From the NCBI RefSeq assembly GCF_006345805.1, contig NC_043013.1:49414001-49478000 (forward strand): a stretch of DNA of 64,000 nucleotides, written 5' to 3'. Positions 1 through 62,147 of the stretch are shown piece after piece. Below the pieces are notes generated by a model. The model saw nothing but the letters and a program-made list of their open reading frames with translations, did not search any database and had not been told where the DNA came from. The position numbers and the translations under genes were made by a program. The stretch comes from Octopus sinensis. Taxonomy: Eukaryota. Position 1 is the stretch's first letter. Each line of letters starts with the position of its first letter.

Positions 1-76
1 TGTGCTCCTTTTACATTGCAAAGTTAATATATAGCTAGAAATACTAGCAAAATCAACATTACATCATATATACATA

Positions 77-945
77 CAGGGTCTGATCAATAAGTATCCG
101 GACTGTTGTCATAGTAACGAAGCTAAAGCACACAGTTTGAAGCTGTTTGGCACAGATTAGCCTTGATCTCTGTTGAGCATGTGCACTAAGTTTTAACATT
201 CTAGCTCATTTCCACTGTTTACAGCAATGCTTGGAAGTAAGGTGTGTAGCATGTGATAATCACACTGACCATGACATAAAGCTGTCATGGCAATACCTGC
301 TCAGAGGCCTACACAAATTTGCATAAAGTGTATGGAGAGGAGTGTATGAGCTGCACAGGGTTCAGACGTTTCCATGATTGCCAAAAAAATGAAGATATTG
401 ATAAACGTTCTAGGAGACCCGCAACCAGCAGAACTGAGAAAATATTGCAGAGGTGCATGAGCTGTGAGGGGAAATCGTCGAATCACCACCCTTGAGTTAT
501 CAGAAGATGTGCAGATTAGTTACAGTTCAGTTCAGTCCATTATCACTGAAGATTTGGGTATGAGGTGTGTGTCTGCCAAGTTTGTGCCAAAACTGCTTTC
601 AGCTGACCAAAAAGGCACTTGGGATTCAGTTGCACAAGATCTCCTTGATTGTGTTGAGAATGATGAAATTTTTTGAAACCTTTGCATAGGCCTCTGAGCA
701 GGTATGGCTAAACTTTTGGCAAAATTTGATGCAGATTCTCTGCTCAACTTTCTCTGTCATGGTTAATGCGGTTATCACACGCTACACACCTTCCTTCCAA
801 GCACTGCTGTAAACAGTGTAAGTGAGCTAGAATGTTAAAATTTAGTGCACATGCACAACAGAGATCAAGGCTAATCTGTGCGAAGCAGCTTTAGCTTTAG
901 CCCCATTACTATGGCAACAGTGTGGATACTTATTGATCAGACCTG
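77..945 (+). mobile_element. Internally deleted mariner-type DNA transposon with ~200-bp terminal inverted repeats
   Basis: 77-~275 is the reverse complement of ~755-945 (CAGGGTCTGATCAATAAGTATCC.../...GGATACTTATTGATCAGACCTG); TA flank; internal RRITTLELSEDVQISYSSVQSIITEDLGMRCVSAKFVPKLL is a mariner HTH/WVP-like fragment. Confidence 0.9.
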
Positions 946-951
946 ATATAT

Positions 952-1017
<66 letters not shown>

Positions 1018-3224
1018 ATATGTATGTATTTATGCATGTATTTACATATACATATGTATGTGCATATATATATAAATATGTGTGTGCGTGTGTATATCTC
1101 CATGTGTGTATATATATATATATATGTATATACATATATATATATCTAAACATATATATAGACATATATATATCTAAACATATATATAGACATATATATA
1201 TATCTAAACATATATATATATCATTATAGCTAGACATATACATATATGTATCTATGCTTATATATGTGAGTGTAAGAGTATGCATATATGTATGTGTATG
1301 CATATACATATATTCAAATATTTGAATTTTGGCACATATCTTTTACAGCTGTCACTATTTTCTTTTGATAATCATTTAGCTGAGATCTTAAAAAATTATA
1401 CTTAATATCTTTTCATTTCAGACATATTACAGAAAGAAAAGCCATCTGCTTCAGGAAAAGATACAATGTTTGTCAGAAATTCAGAACTTCATCTGTTCTG
1501 TTGTCATATCTTAAAATAAGACTGACAAATTTTTAAACCAAAATTTAAAATGCATAGTTGTCTTTTGTGTTTTTCTGTCATCTTAAATGTATGTCATGTA
1601 AATAATGTATAACAAATTTTTAGATAATTCTAATATGTATAAAATTATTGGTAATATTCAAATAAGTGTAATATGACTGGTATAGTATGATTGGTAATAT
1701 CCTAAATAATAAATTATTAAATTAGATATTAATTTTTGAAAACCTTAACTATTTGTTCATGTAAAGACAAAAGCTATTGGAAGAAATGTAATTTCAATGT
1801 TAATAAATATGAAATATCAACGTTTGTAATTTGATATTTATTAAAAAAGGAATTGATGTCGCAGTATCTTTAAAATCAAATATAATTTATAGGTTTCTAA
1901 AAGTTTGTTTCTTCAAGAAATGTTCTTTTTTAAATATAAATTAATAATGTGTATAAAGCAGAAACAGGACAAAAGTGTAAGAGTCAGATTGTCTATCCAA
2001 AATAAGAACAGTGTGGATGACCAGATATTCATAACCTTAGAACTTATCTTTAATACGGCATATGAGCAACAACATCAAAAATAATTATTGCGAAATGACA
2101 GCAATCACACACAAAAAAATACAAATGTGTACATATCAAAAATAAAAGCAGCAAACTAAAAAGAGGGATATTAACGTAAACATGGAAATGCTGGAAGAAT
2201 TTATGTATTTATCAACTGTAAGAAAATGTCAGGTTTATGGGAAATGAATAAGAAGCAATTGCTTATATTCAATTGTATTTTTGAATAGGGAAGATTTATT
2301 GATCTTGTCATTCTGGATTCACAAGGAAAATCTTCATGGAATATTATAGTTTCTCAAATCATATTTTAGAAACTTTTAAAGATCAATGGAAATGATAATA
2401 AAATTGTATTATATTCTAGTTAAAGAATAGTCCAAAAGCATTATTTCCTAAATTAAAGAAAAACAAATTTTATACATAAGGATTATTAAAAATTACATTC
2501 ATTATTTTTTAAAAATCCTTTGAATCTTGGAATCTGTCTATTATAAATATGTGTTACAAGATTGTAGGATTTTTAAGGAAATTAATATGTAGTAAAAATA
2601 TAAATTTATAGCTTAAAAACAATTCATCTATATATAATTAAAACAAATATTTCAAGAGATTTGGTTATTTATAAACAATAATCATTGTAGAATAAATTAA
2701 AATAAAAGTTCACACATAAAATAAGAAAAAATAAATTTGAATCCTCAGTTTACTTACTAACAAACTCATTTTGTAGGATTTTAATTTTGTTTCTATTTAA
2801 ATTGTTCAATCTAATCTAAACAAGCTTTATTTCCAATTGTTTTATAATTAGCTAAATAATTACTTTTTAACTTTTTAAAACTACAAAAATTAGAAAAGAA
2901 TATACTAACTGAGTTAGATAACAAAATATTGGCTGACTTCACTTCAGACATTTCATTGTTTTCTGGCTACAAAAGTTTTTGTACCACATCAATTCGAGTT
3001 TACATAATCATCGGGTATCGTAATATTACCTATGTATGAGAAGACCTACCTAGAGGTGGATTTATCTATTCTCCACTTAGGGTCAAGAAACCTGCATTAA
3101 GCCCTAGTAGTTAAGAGAAATGTTAACATTAATTTCATAATACCAATAATCCTTCTTTCATGTGCACCCCTCACTTTCTCTCTCTCCCTCTCTCTATCTA
3201 TCTGTCTATCTATCTATATCTATC

Positions 3225-3273
<49 letters not shown>

Positions 3274-3348
3274 ATATATATATATATGTATATATATATA
3301 TATGTATGTATGTATGTAAGTATATACATTTATGTATGTATGTATGTA

Positions 3349-3393
<45 letters not shown>

Positions 3394-3600
3394 GATGGGC
3401 TTCTCTCAGTTTCCATCTACCAAATTCACACGCAAGACTTTGGTCAGCTTGAGGCTCGAGTAGAAGACACTTGCCTAAGGTGCCATGCAGTGGGACTGAA
3501 CCCAGAACCATGTGGTTGGGAAGCAAGCTTCTTACCACACAGCCATGTCTGCTTACTTTTTACTCAGCCTAATATATATATGCATATATATAGATGTGTA

Positions 3601-3639
<39 letters not shown>

Positions 3640-3779
3640 GTGGCTGATATATATATATATGACTGATATATATTTATGTAACCTTCAACTATTTTCTATC
3701 CAAGAGTTTTCCTATCTCAATATTCTACATAGTAGAATATAGACATTCCACAAAAATTTACAGTCAGAGAACTAATGAA

Positions 3780-4730
3780 AAAATAATGTGTTATAACTCT
3801 CCATACAGAAGGCATGTAAGAACTATCAAACCTAGGAATTTCTTTGAGATACTAAAGAAAAACATTTCGCCCCAGCATAGCATTCGTAATAACTTTACAG
3901 TTAGCCATTGACAACTTATCCTTGTCAATGGCTAACTTCACAAATAAGACTAATGATGTGATCTCTACACATACTCAACCTAATATTAATGATATAAAAA
4001 ATACTTCCCAACTGGCACTAAGTACCATAAACTGTACACAGGACAGGAGATGGAATAATATGAATATTATTCATACAAATTCAAACTTTAGCAATGATAA
4101 AAAGAGAACCACTTCAAACTAGACTACCTAACAATGGAAGCAATTATAATATTAATATTAAAGAGACTAATATTAAAGTAACATAATAGTAATAATACAA
4201 ATACCATAATTACTACAAAAAAGTCAACCCCTGAATAGCAGTGTGACAAACAAAGATATACCAGCTCCTCAAGAATTCCCCCATTTAAGTTCATTTTCTT
4301 GTAATTGTAGACAACCAACTCAATGTCTACTTAAAGGTAACTGCCTAATAAAAATGTTCTTTAAAAAACCTAATCCATAATATGAAGTCATTACTCTTGG
4401 CAGTATTATATTGATGCCACAGCAAACATTCTCAAACATTGCTTCATTATGCACAAACAACTTTACTAACAAAAAATTGATACATCACTAGTAGAATATA
4501 TAAGGACTTTAAAACTAAAGAGTATTGATTTCAAACTGCAGTATTGTGACTACTACTTTAGCAAATAAGGAAAGACTACAGGATAAAACTAATAGTAAAT
4601 ACTAATTAGCAGCCAAACAGATTTTGTTGTTAGATTTTGAATTAATTTAAAATTTCAAAATGTAATTTCGTTCTAAACTTAAACACCCATAACAAATAAG
4701 TTTTTGCTATTCAACTGAAATTATTCTTCC
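3780..4730 (+). mobile_element. Highly degraded Penelope-like element remnant
   Basis: Fragmentary translation near 4480-4530 (TSLVEYIRTLKLKSIDF) resembles the GIY-YIG region seen at 25560 and 58680; many stops and frameshifts. Confidence 0.45.
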
Positions 4731-4927
4731 TTGCAAAAATGGAATGTATTTCTCCATACCGCCTACATATATATGTATAATAATAGTAACTGTATAGTCA
4801 TATATTCATACATAGACTTGCTTACACTTACCAAAAAGTCTACATGTATCTTTATGTATATACATGTGTGCTACTTATGTATATAAGCATTTGCTGATGA
4901 GTGTGTGTGTATGTGTTCATATATATA

Positions 4928-4962
<35 letters not shown>

Positions 4963-5691
4963 AGTACACATTTCACTAAATTTGTACGATTTTTCAACCT
5001 TTTCATGCTTCGTTCTTTCTTTCTCCCCCCTCTCTCTCACATTTCTTTGCCTTTCTTACTCACTTTTCCCTTTACTATGTCCCTGTCTCTCTTTTTTTCT
5101 TTCCACTCCATGATTCTTCTGTCTATTTGCTTCTACATACTCTCTCTCTCTCTCTTCTCCCCCTCTTTAATTCTTTTGTTCTTCTTTTTCTCTCTCTTCC
5201 CTTCTCACATGAACGATTGGCCAACTGCTAGCCCTTTTGCATCTGACCATGGTCACTGCCACATTGATATTCTTCCCTCTGCCGTAGGGCTTCATTTCCC
5301 CACATGCCAGCTGAATTCAATTCATCCCCAGTCGAAAGACGCCTGTTGTTATGTCCTGTTATTATAATTTTTATTATTATTTTTATTGTATTTTTGTATT
5401 TATATTCATGTAACATCGTCTGTTTTTCTGTCCTTGTTTTTGTATACATTCCATACTTTTTTCCAAGGAATCTAATGCTCTTAGCTTAGTTTTTCCATGG
5501 GGCTGGCCAGATTAGAGCAATCTCAAGATTAATCAGCTGAAATTGCGAGGATGATCAGTTCTTGACTGAGGATAAAAGGCTTCGAATGACCCATCCTTGT
5601 TTTTTTGTATCATCTAGTTGGATGTTTTGTTGTCCCTTTTTGTATCACCTAGTTGTCCGGATGTTTTGCGTTCTTGTCCCATTTTGTATTT

Positions 5692-5749
<58 letters not shown>

Positions 5750-6602
5750 GTGTGTATGCAAATATGTTTATGTATGCAGCTAAACTCATGAATACATGTA
5801 TGTTTGAATACATATGTGTATATAAGTATGTGTGAATATATCTATCTCTGCATATACATTTGCATGTATTCATACAAGTGAATGCGTATGTACGTGCATG
5901 TACATGTATGTGTATATGTGTGTGTGTGTGTTCATAAATCTATAAGTGTATATACTTGTAAATGTGAGTGTATGTGTAAAAATGAATATACACCTGAATT
6001 TGTTTATACCTGGATCAATAAATCTCTGTCAGCAGTTAGATGTCTCTTGCTTTCCATAAATATATATCTGTCATTAACTGATATTAAACTCAAAGCCACT
6101 AAAAAACATCTTTATGCTTTGCTTTAGGGAGTTAAGGAGGTCTTTATCTGCAAGACTGATAAATTTGTCAATAATTTAAAACTCAGAAAGAACAGCAGGC
6201 AGCATTATGTCACCTTCTCCATTATTATAATCTTCCAAACTTTCACCTTAAGGACCAGCAACAACAACCCTTTCTAAAGTCAACAATAATGGTGTGAAGG
6301 TTTAATTAATACATTGGACCAGGTGTATGTATTTTGATTTTGCAGTCTTCAATGAAATGTGCTTTAATTCAAAACTAACTTTGAAGAAATTTTCACAAAA
6401 GAACATGATCTCTTCTAAATACTGATTGTTTTTCACTTTAACTAGCACTATACATGCACATTCACACACACACACACACACACCACACCACACCACACAC
6501 ACACGCACGCACGCACACGCACACACTCACATACATACATACATACATACATACATACATACATACATACATACATACATACATACATACATACATACAT
6601 AC

Positions 6603-7690
6603 ATAGGGCATCCCCCCAAAAATGTATATGTACTTTAACAGTCGACAACTCAGTTTATATTTTTTAGATTTAACCTATTAGAAATAATGAAGGGAACCAG
6701 ACTAAGCCTTGAAGAAAGGAAATTTAGCCTAAAGGACTACTGAAAGTGCAAAGACTGTTTAGAGGGAAGCTTGAAGCATATCCACCTACGTAATTCACCA
6801 TCACTCAAATTAGAGATAAGTTTGAAGCAGTTAGAACTGTTCAGAATGTCTATAAAAAATATTCCAAAACACTGCAGGCACTGATAAGCCCCACAAGGAA
6901 GGATTCTAGAAGCGTATTCCCAGAGTTCAAGAAAATCTGTCCAGTAAGTGAGTCATAAGGCAGGAATTTAAAAAAACCAAACATCCGTCCCATTTGAAAT
7001 GCTGCCCTTGGTAAAATGACAGTCCAAGAATAGTCCATGGTTTCACTGAATCTTTGCAACAAAGGTAATTTGGAGTGATGAGGATAAATTTAAATAGTTC
7101 AGTTAACTGCCACAGTTGCACTTATTAGGGATCTGAGAATTTGCATATTATGGAAGTATGTTCTGGTAATTTACCAGGAGTCACAGTATGGTGCATCATA
7201 CCATCACAAGAATTAATTGGACTATTCTTTTCTTGACAGTGTGTAACCAGTTCCATTTACTTGAACTTTTGACAATCTGTCACACAAAGCATTCAAGAGA
7301 TCTTTGAAAATGTTGAATTTTATTTCCAGCGAGATGGAATGCCCAACACTACTACAGTAATGTAAGGAAGAATCTTGATGAAATTTTGACAAATAGGTGG
7401 ATTGGTCAAAGAGGTTGAGTAGAATAACTTCTGCATTCACTGGAATTCACACTACTACATATTTTTACAAGGACTGACAATAAAAACTTGCAACATTTAA
7501 TGAATTGAGGGCTGCCATTGAACGAGAACATACACAAATTCTAAATGAAATGTTTATTGATGTTTGTGATTCCATTGCTTTGCATTACTAGTGGTGCCTG
7601 GACCAGAACAGTCATAAGTTTGCAAACAGGCATTCATAAAATATAAATTTGTGCTTATAGACTTTATTAAATTTTAATGAATACTTTTCC
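6603..7690 (+). mobile_element. Degraded Tc1/mariner-superfamily transposase remnant
   Basis: Broken frame WIGQRG*VE*..SLEFT (cf. WIGRRGPxxWPxRSPDL) near 7400-7450; starts after a (CATA)n run. Confidence 0.6.
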
Positions 7691-7719
7691 AGAAAATGTG
7701 CACTATCTGGTCCTCCAAC

Positions 7720-8150
7720 ACCTTTAGCTTACACAAAGATCTAACTCTATAATAGCAGAATTCTATCAACAGTTCTCAGCGCTAGTAAGACATGGAAGAG
7801 CTCTGTGAAAATGGACAGAAAGCTCGATGTGTTCCACTAAAGTTGGGTGAAAAGGACTTTGTGAATGTACTGGGAAGACCACTTAGCAAAAATCATCAGA
7901 GCACAAAGACTGAAACTAGCAGGACATATATTTCAGTTACAGAACAATGCCATTCTAAAATCTTTGAAATGGACACCACCAAGGGGCGAAAAAGAAAGAA
8001 GTAGACCAAAAACTACATGGCAAAGGACATTCATAATTGACATGCAAGAGGTCAATATCACATGGGCAAACGTAGAGAAAACCACGGCCAACAGAAGCCA
8101 GTGGTGTTAACTTGTTGCCCAATATGCTTTAGAGCACAAGAAGAACTAAC
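7720..8150 (+). mobile_element. RTE-clade LINE 3' fragment
   Basis: ORF 7865..8110 RLKLAGHIFQ...LKWTPPRGEKERSRPKTTW is the typical RTE ORF C-terminus. Confidence 0.8.
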
Positions 8151-8770
8151 ACTGATATTTAATGTTACATTGCAGCTAAAGTTCATTAACAGCAATTTTA
8201 AGATGGTCAGCCTACAAAGAATAGGATTTTTTTAAAGCTGATTATTTGATAAATCACCTAAGGATTATGTTGCCTATTTTTGTTATAATGTACTAATATT
8301 GTACTAATATTGAGCTCTCTTTTGTGCAAAACTGCTTGCATATGTATATGTCCATCATTGCTTCCACACTAGCATGGATTGCAGGTACAGTATCTCATCA
8401 ACTGATGCAATTCTTTGCCATTTCACTCCTTATAAATGTGAGTAGTCATGTCATTACTCTACAACAAGAACATAATCTACCCTCTTCTCTCATATTTTAC
8501 ATCTCACTTTCAAGCATAAAGACCTCTTTATAGTTCATAATCTATGTGCTGCATGGTAATTTCAGTAGTGATGGTAGGACAGGACAGAAGAAGCACCCAG
8601 TATATGGTGTAATGTGCTTACGTGGGAAGGGGTCCCCAGCCATAGAAACCATATCAAAGCAGACACAGAAACATGATGCAGTCATTGGGCTCAGTGGATA
8701 CTGTCAAATCATCCAACTCATGCCAGGATGGGACATGGGTGATAAATGATGATGGCAGGGATTATATATA

Positions 8771-8856
<86 letters not shown>

Positions 8857-9076
8857 TACAGTATTACTGACCTTACCAATCAGTTTCAAAGATTACTTAG
8901 CCACACAGTTATCAAATATCTGGCTATCTAATATCCCATGCAAAACTGATTGGCAAGACCAGTTGAAATGGATCCACAATACTGTATACTTTGATTAATA
9001 TATTCACTCTATTGACTAATATATGCATGTATATTTTTTCTGATTTATAGATTCTTAGACAACTATATGTAAATAC

Positions 9077-9134
<58 letters not shown>

Positions 9135-9691
9135 ACATATATATACATAACTATATATATACATAAATATATATATATATATAAAAATATATATATGTAT
9201 GTATATATATATATTCATATGTACATATATACTCATATATATATATATATATACACACATACATACAGCACACATACATTCACACATACACATTCATATA
9301 CTGTAAACTAAGAATATTTATTCTCTAAACAAAATCTATATTTTTAATAGTTAGAGAAATATTTGACTAAACACCATACTAGGTTTTAATGTTTCATGAC
9401 AGAAATAACTTATAAACTAGAACTTTAGAAACTCTGGAAAATGTTTTGGTATTTCAACTAGTTATGAGAGAATCTTAAACTATTTGAATACAATTGTGCT
9501 TTCTATTCCTTTTATTTTCTACTCACAAACTAATAGTTTTTAAAACTAAGTAAAGTTTGCTACCAACCTATGATTATTTTAATATTTATTTTGTTTCTCA
9601 TATATTAAATAGTATTCCTAACAATCTAATTCATATTTTTAGTTAACCTTACAAGACATGTATTTAACAAAGATATAGAAATCATAACTCA

Positions 9692-56069
<46,378 letters not shown>

Positions 56070-56889
56070 CTGAAATAAAAAAAAAAAAATAAGTTGAAAT
56101 TCAGATAAAATTTATATAACTTTTACAACTGAATTCATACAGTAGTATTTGTGATAAATATGCAGTTAAGTTCACATTCAGATAAATATCATCAATATTA
56201 CAACCACCAGGCTAAAACTCATTTTCCCTTTCTGTCATAGACTGAAAAGTAGTTTACTATACCAAATTACCATTCTTCTGAATATTACATAAACTGCTTC
56301 CACATGAACTGTCTGAGAAAGCAGTTAAAAATCACCTGGCAAGACAAAGTCCTATACCTGGAGGTCCTTTTTCCAGCTGATCTGCCAAGCGTTTACACAC
56401 TGCTGAGGTTCTCCACGGGTCAAGTGGGCAGGCCATCTCGTTCAAATACCTGACACACGACTACCCAAAAAAGTGTGAATTGGCAGAAGGCAAGTGCGCA
56501 CAAGTCGAGCAGAAAAGGTTTCAGATACACACTCAAAGCCTCACTGAAGTGCTTTCAGATCGACCCCAACACCTGGTAAATGCAAGCACAGGACCACTCT
56601 GCGCTTCACATTGTTTTAGCCTTCAAATGACACCACCCCGCTGGCTAAGCGAGCAGGCCAACAGAAGAAAGAGTGAGAGAAAGTTGTGGCGAAAGAGTAC
56701 AGCAGGGATCGCCACCACCCCCAGCCGGAGCATCGTGGAGCTTTAGGTGTTTTTGCTCAATAAACACTCACAATGCCTGGTCTAGGAATCAAAACCGCGA
56801 TCCTACGACTGCAAGTCCGCTGCCCTAACCACTGGGCCATTGTGCCTCCACAATAATCATATATACATACATATATATATATATATTAT

Positions 56890-56963
<74 letters not shown>

Positions 56964-58602
56964 TATATATATAATATATATATATACACATATACATATA
57001 TACGACAGGCTTCTTTCAGTTTCTGTCTACCAAATCTACTCACAAATCTTTGGTCGGTCCAAGGCTATAAGAAAAAGCACTTGCCAAGATTCCACACAGT
57101 GGAACTGAACCCAAAACCATGTGGTTGGGAAGCAAGTTTCTTATTACACAGCCACACCTGTGCCCCACATAGCTATGCCTGTATGTTTGTATAATTTAGA
57201 CAAAAATGAACAAAGAGAAATAACTCTGAGTGGTCAGTGGTATGTATATGAACAACATAAACAAACACAGGTATATCAAATACTATACAATATAAATTTT
57301 AGATTTACTAAAATTATCTCCATCTCTGGAAGATGTGTCACAAATATCAATTAGGTGTGTGTATGTAAGTGTGTGTAAGTGTGTGTGTGTGTGTGTGTGT
57401 TTGTGTGTGTTTGTGTGTGTTCACATGCACGTGTGTGTGTGTACACATGCATGTGTGTGTGTGTGTACACATGCACGTGTGTGTGTACACATGCACGTGT
57501 GTGTGTACGCATTCAGTTGAGGTTATTAGCAAAAAGAAAAGTACTCAACTATACAAAATATTAATGAGGGTATACAACATAGTTTAACGAGGATCATACT
57601 AACAAATGACTTTCGTATAGAATAGATTGTCCTACATTTGTCTGACATGCATATTATAGATTTAAGTCGAACATTGCCAAAGATGGCTGTTGCAAAATAG
57701 GAAATTAAATGAAATTATATTTTTAATAAAGAAAAATGTGCCACAACTAAAAGTTAATAGTATAGGGGCAGTAATTCATGGTCAAGAATTAAAGAGTTAT
57801 TTCTCATGCCATGGGAAGTTCTTGGTTTGGAAATCTAGTCCAAACAGAAAAAGTAGATAGTGGCAGAAAATTACAAATGCAGGAAGAGAAAGAATGAGAG
57901 AGGGAGAGAAAGAGACAGATAGAGATGGAATATAAGAAGAAAGGAATAAAAGAATGGAGGAGTGAAATATTTAATGGACGAATATCAAAAACTGTAAAAG
58001 TGTTGTGAAGACAGCTGCATTGGTACTGACTTTCTTACGGTGGATTGAACCAGTATATAAGAATGTATTTTCACTCATAAAGATAAGGTGTAAGCACCCG
58101 CAGTTTGGCATGTGATACATTCTAAATGCAATTCTATATCACTGTTACAATTGATGTAACACTCAGATTTCTCTAACAATCTCCATTTGATGTCATCGTC
58201 TTCAGGCTTCTCTTTCAACCACAATATGTGCTTGGCCAAAATGCTGATGATCTACAGAGTTACCCGCTTGTGATCTTCAATAATGATAAATGACAACTTC
58301 ACATCAAATGATCAATGTAGGCTGATAAACCTTGCTGATAAAACTCAGAAATTATACATCTTAACTCATTCATTTTAATGGAGTGCAATTTATGAAAGGT
58401 TTTAACTATAATTTACAAAGAATAAAAAATATTTCAGAACTCCAACACAGGAAAAACATAGGAAGAAAATCTAACGTACCATACAGAATAAACTATGAGA
58501 ATCCATCCATACACACTACATACATACACACATACATACATACAGACATACATACATACAGACATACATACATACATACATACATACATGTATACATATT
58601 AT

Positions 58603-59310
58603 TTATTTAAAGGCACAATACATGTATTTAAGCACTAAAGAATCCTTAATAATAACACAACTGATTAGAAGATCTATTCTGGATTATGTGAAGGTGAATT
58701 TAAAAATCACTATGCCAACCACATGGCCTCCTTCTGACATAGGGACAAAAGTGAAGCTACTAAGTTGGCTAGCTACTTATGGATTTTGAAAAATAACAAA
58801 ATACTGCATGTGACTGAGAAATCCATACCTTATGTGAATGGATCAAATAAATGTAGACTTTGTTTGGCTGAAAGAACGCAGATCCTATTCAGATCTATGA
58901 TCCCCAACTCTCTATTGAATTCCAGGTCTGAAATTTTCAGTAGTTGCAGGCATATGTATAAATATATTTTGAAGAATTGGAAAATTCTACCTATTCCTAA
59001 CTAACTTGATATCTTTGCAACCTTGTCATTTAAGGTCTAAGGGAAAGAGGTTTTTTTTTTACTTTTTTACTTATGATTTTTTTACATTTTAGATTTTGAG
59101 TTTTCGTTTTCCATTGTTCGTTTTCTGTTGTTTATTTTCAGCATTTTCTATATGCTACCTTCTCAGTTTTTTCCCCGTTTCTTCTCTTATTCAATTTTTT
59201 TAGTTCATTGTGATTTGTGATTTGCACCTGAAGAATATGTTTGAGTATTTCTCAACATATGAAACTATTACTAGTGCTTAAATATATGTATTGTGGCCTT
59301 TAAATAATTA
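58603..59310 (+). mobile_element. Penelope-like element 3' remnant (GIY-YIG) with inverted terminal segment
   Basis: IYSGLCEGEFKNHYANH...ATKLASYLW...KCRLCLAE...LLNSRSEIFSSCRH; 58611-58637 inverted relative to 59272-59300; decayed hammerhead-like motif at ~59224-59277. Confidence 0.85.
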
Positions 59311-60794
59311 ATATTTGTCTCTCACGAGATGGAGTACATTTTTGTTGAATTTTTTTATCACAGAACAGTACATTATATATATATATATATATGTATATAT
59401 TTTTTTATCGTTAATTAAAATCTTAGGGTAGCAAGAATATTCATCGAAAAATTCTTAGTTACCAGTGGTCTAGCGAGAAAGAAAAAATTAGTCAATAGAC
59501 TATATATTATTCAGAGAAGAATACAGTGTACGTTCAAACACAAAAGAGATACCCGAGATATCCTATTCTTCGGGTATCTCTTTTGTGTATATATAAGATT
59601 AATCAGCCAAAATTGTGAGGATGACCCGGTTCTTGACTGAAGATTGAAGGCTTCGAATGTCCCGTCAGTGTTTTTTGTATCGTCTTCTAAATGTTTTGCG
59701 TTCTTGACCCAGTTTGTATTATTTTACATATATATATATATTATATATATATATATATATACACATCCATACATACATACATGCATACATACACATATAT
59801 ATATATATATACTCACACACATGCACATACACATACGCACACACACTCAAGATACAATTGAATGCAAACAGTAGAACTTACTTTTCCTTGCATCACCATT
59901 CTCACAGTAAGTATTGCAGCTGTCTGGATTGGACATGGACTGTTATCGTTTTGTTGCACCATCTTTCTCTCTGTTGCCATGACAATTAAGCACTATCCAG
60001 TTGTTTTTTGGCACTGTGGCTTCAGCTTTTTAAACTGTAAAAATATAGAAATAAATAAATAAATAAATAAATAAATAAAATGATTCAATAACTTTATTCA
60101 ATACGTCTTCATTCCATTATATACATTTATATATTCATATATATATATATATATATATATATGAAAAAACAAGTCAGGATAGAAAATGCAAAATAATTTT
60201 ATAAAAAACATTTCAGTACCGGTTTCAGTCATAGAAAAATTAAAAGAAAAGTTTTTTTAAAAGAATATTTGTATAGTAGTCACATAGAAGGGGCATTTTC
60301 CTTGTTTCTGCCTGTCTCTGTCTCTCTTGTTTACTCTTGTGGGTTCCATAATATATATATATATCATCATCATCATTTAATGTCTGCCTTCCATGCTGGC
60401 ATGGGTAGGGGATATATATATTCTTATATTCTTTATTCTTTTGCATGTTTCAGTCATTTGACTGCAGCCATTAGGAAGGGCATTCAGCTGTAAAAACCAT
60501 GCCAGAACCAACAACGGAGTCTGGTGCAACCCCTGGCCTTAACATCTCTGGTCAAATTGTGCAACCCATACCAGTATGGAATTTGGACGTTAAATGATGA
60601 TGACGATGATGATGCAGTTTAAAAGTTAATAAAACTACATATTGACAATTTAGTTAATTTATATATGTGTGTGTGTATGCTTGTGCATTTGTGTGTGTGT
60701 GCATGTGTGCACATGCGTGCATGTGTGTGTTTATATATACATATGTGTGAGAACATATATCACTGTATCGCTGTATCTTGATATCAACCAGTCT

Positions 60795-61087
60795 ACTGGA
60801 TGTTGCTCACGCTAAGAGTTGCCGAAGCATGGAACAAACTGCCGGCATCAGTTGTTAGTTGTCGGAGCAGTGCATCCTTCAAAACTTCCATGCTTCCTGA
60901 GAGATTCACCACCACTACACCTGATTTTCTCCCCTCCATACACACACGCAAGCATGTATCTGACTCATACACTGTTCGCTCTCCAGACATTTGTACATTA
61001 CTGCATATGCTTTATACGCACTTTTTGACAAGTTGTGGTGCACCTGAGCACTATATACAATAATTTCATTGATTGATTGATTGATTC
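60795..61087 (+). mobile_element. CR1-clade LINE 3' end
   Basis: LRVAEAWNKLPASVVSCRSSASFK, followed by a 3' UTR and (ATTG)n tail. Confidence 0.8.
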
Positions 61088-61824
61088 TAGTTTCAGCTCA
61101 CGAGCTGTGGCCATGCTGGGGCACCGCCATTTGATTATTATTTTTTTTTTATCACTGGTCCCAATGGGCTTCTATGCATTGTTGTAGCCTTTGAATGGTG
61201 CCACCCACTGGCTAGGTGGACAAGCCAACATTTCTTTTGAACAGAATACCAATCCAGGGTAATGCATTTACAGCTGAGTGGACTGGTGTAATGTGAAATG
61301 AAGAACATAATGCACTGTTCGGTTTGGAAATTGAACTCATGAACTTGCATTTATGAGCACGACACCATAACCACGAGTCCACATGCTTTCATGTGGACAT
61401 TTATATGCATACATGTATACATGTCACATGCATAATAAGCATATAAATGATGACATAGATCTAAGGGATCAAATTTCAAATTAAGTCAATATGGTCTCCA
61501 CAATTTCTCCTGACAAAGTGTATACAAATCTAATTTGCAAGGCAATAACATATCCCATCCTGAAGATGGTATTGGGAAAGTCTAGAAAAATTTAAGGGAG
61601 TATTTATTAATTTTGTTGTTTGAAATGAGAAAGGAACTTGTATAAAAATATGAAAAGTACTTTAACAAAAACAAGATACAACTAGAACATTGTTCTGTTA
61701 TCAGTTTTCCATCATATAAGAATATATGTATGTATATATATATGTCATTATTCAGTTTTATTTCAAGATTTCTTGCCAATAGAGAAAGAGCCAGTTTCTA
61801 ACCTAGCATGCATATACAGCTGCG

Positions 61825-62147
61825 TGCATGCACACATACACGCGAGAACTGTCCAAATCTCCGACCAATCACATACAGCTAGCTGGCATTCAATTGGCGT
61901 ATTAAGTTTCGGGCATTTTGGTTGGGTTTTGGATAGAAAATTCACAAAAAAGTCACTTCTATTGATTTTTTAATGGCTTTACAGGGTGACTGGAGAAATG
62001 TAAAGATGTGCACGACCACCCTTGGACGGTTTTGAATGACCTTAGAAAGTGCGAGCCCTCTAACTGAAAAATTGTGGATTTGTATAAAGGACATGCACAC
62101 ACACACACACACACACACAGACATTTTGCCATTTATATATATATAGA
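61825..62147 (-). mobile_element. Possible non-autonomous Helitron-like 5' fragment
   Basis: Minus strand starts TCTATATATATATAAATGGCAAAATGTC(TG)n, a layout common in invertebrate Helitron-like repeats; no 3' CTAG end confirmed. Confidence 0.4.

Noticed and set aside
6010-6067. Possible next PCBP exon (phase 2-0, RYIFMESKRHLTADRDLLIQ)
   Set aside because: Phase fits, but the acceptor has a poor pyrimidine tract, the donor gtataa is weak, and there is no similarity to PCBP C-termini I know
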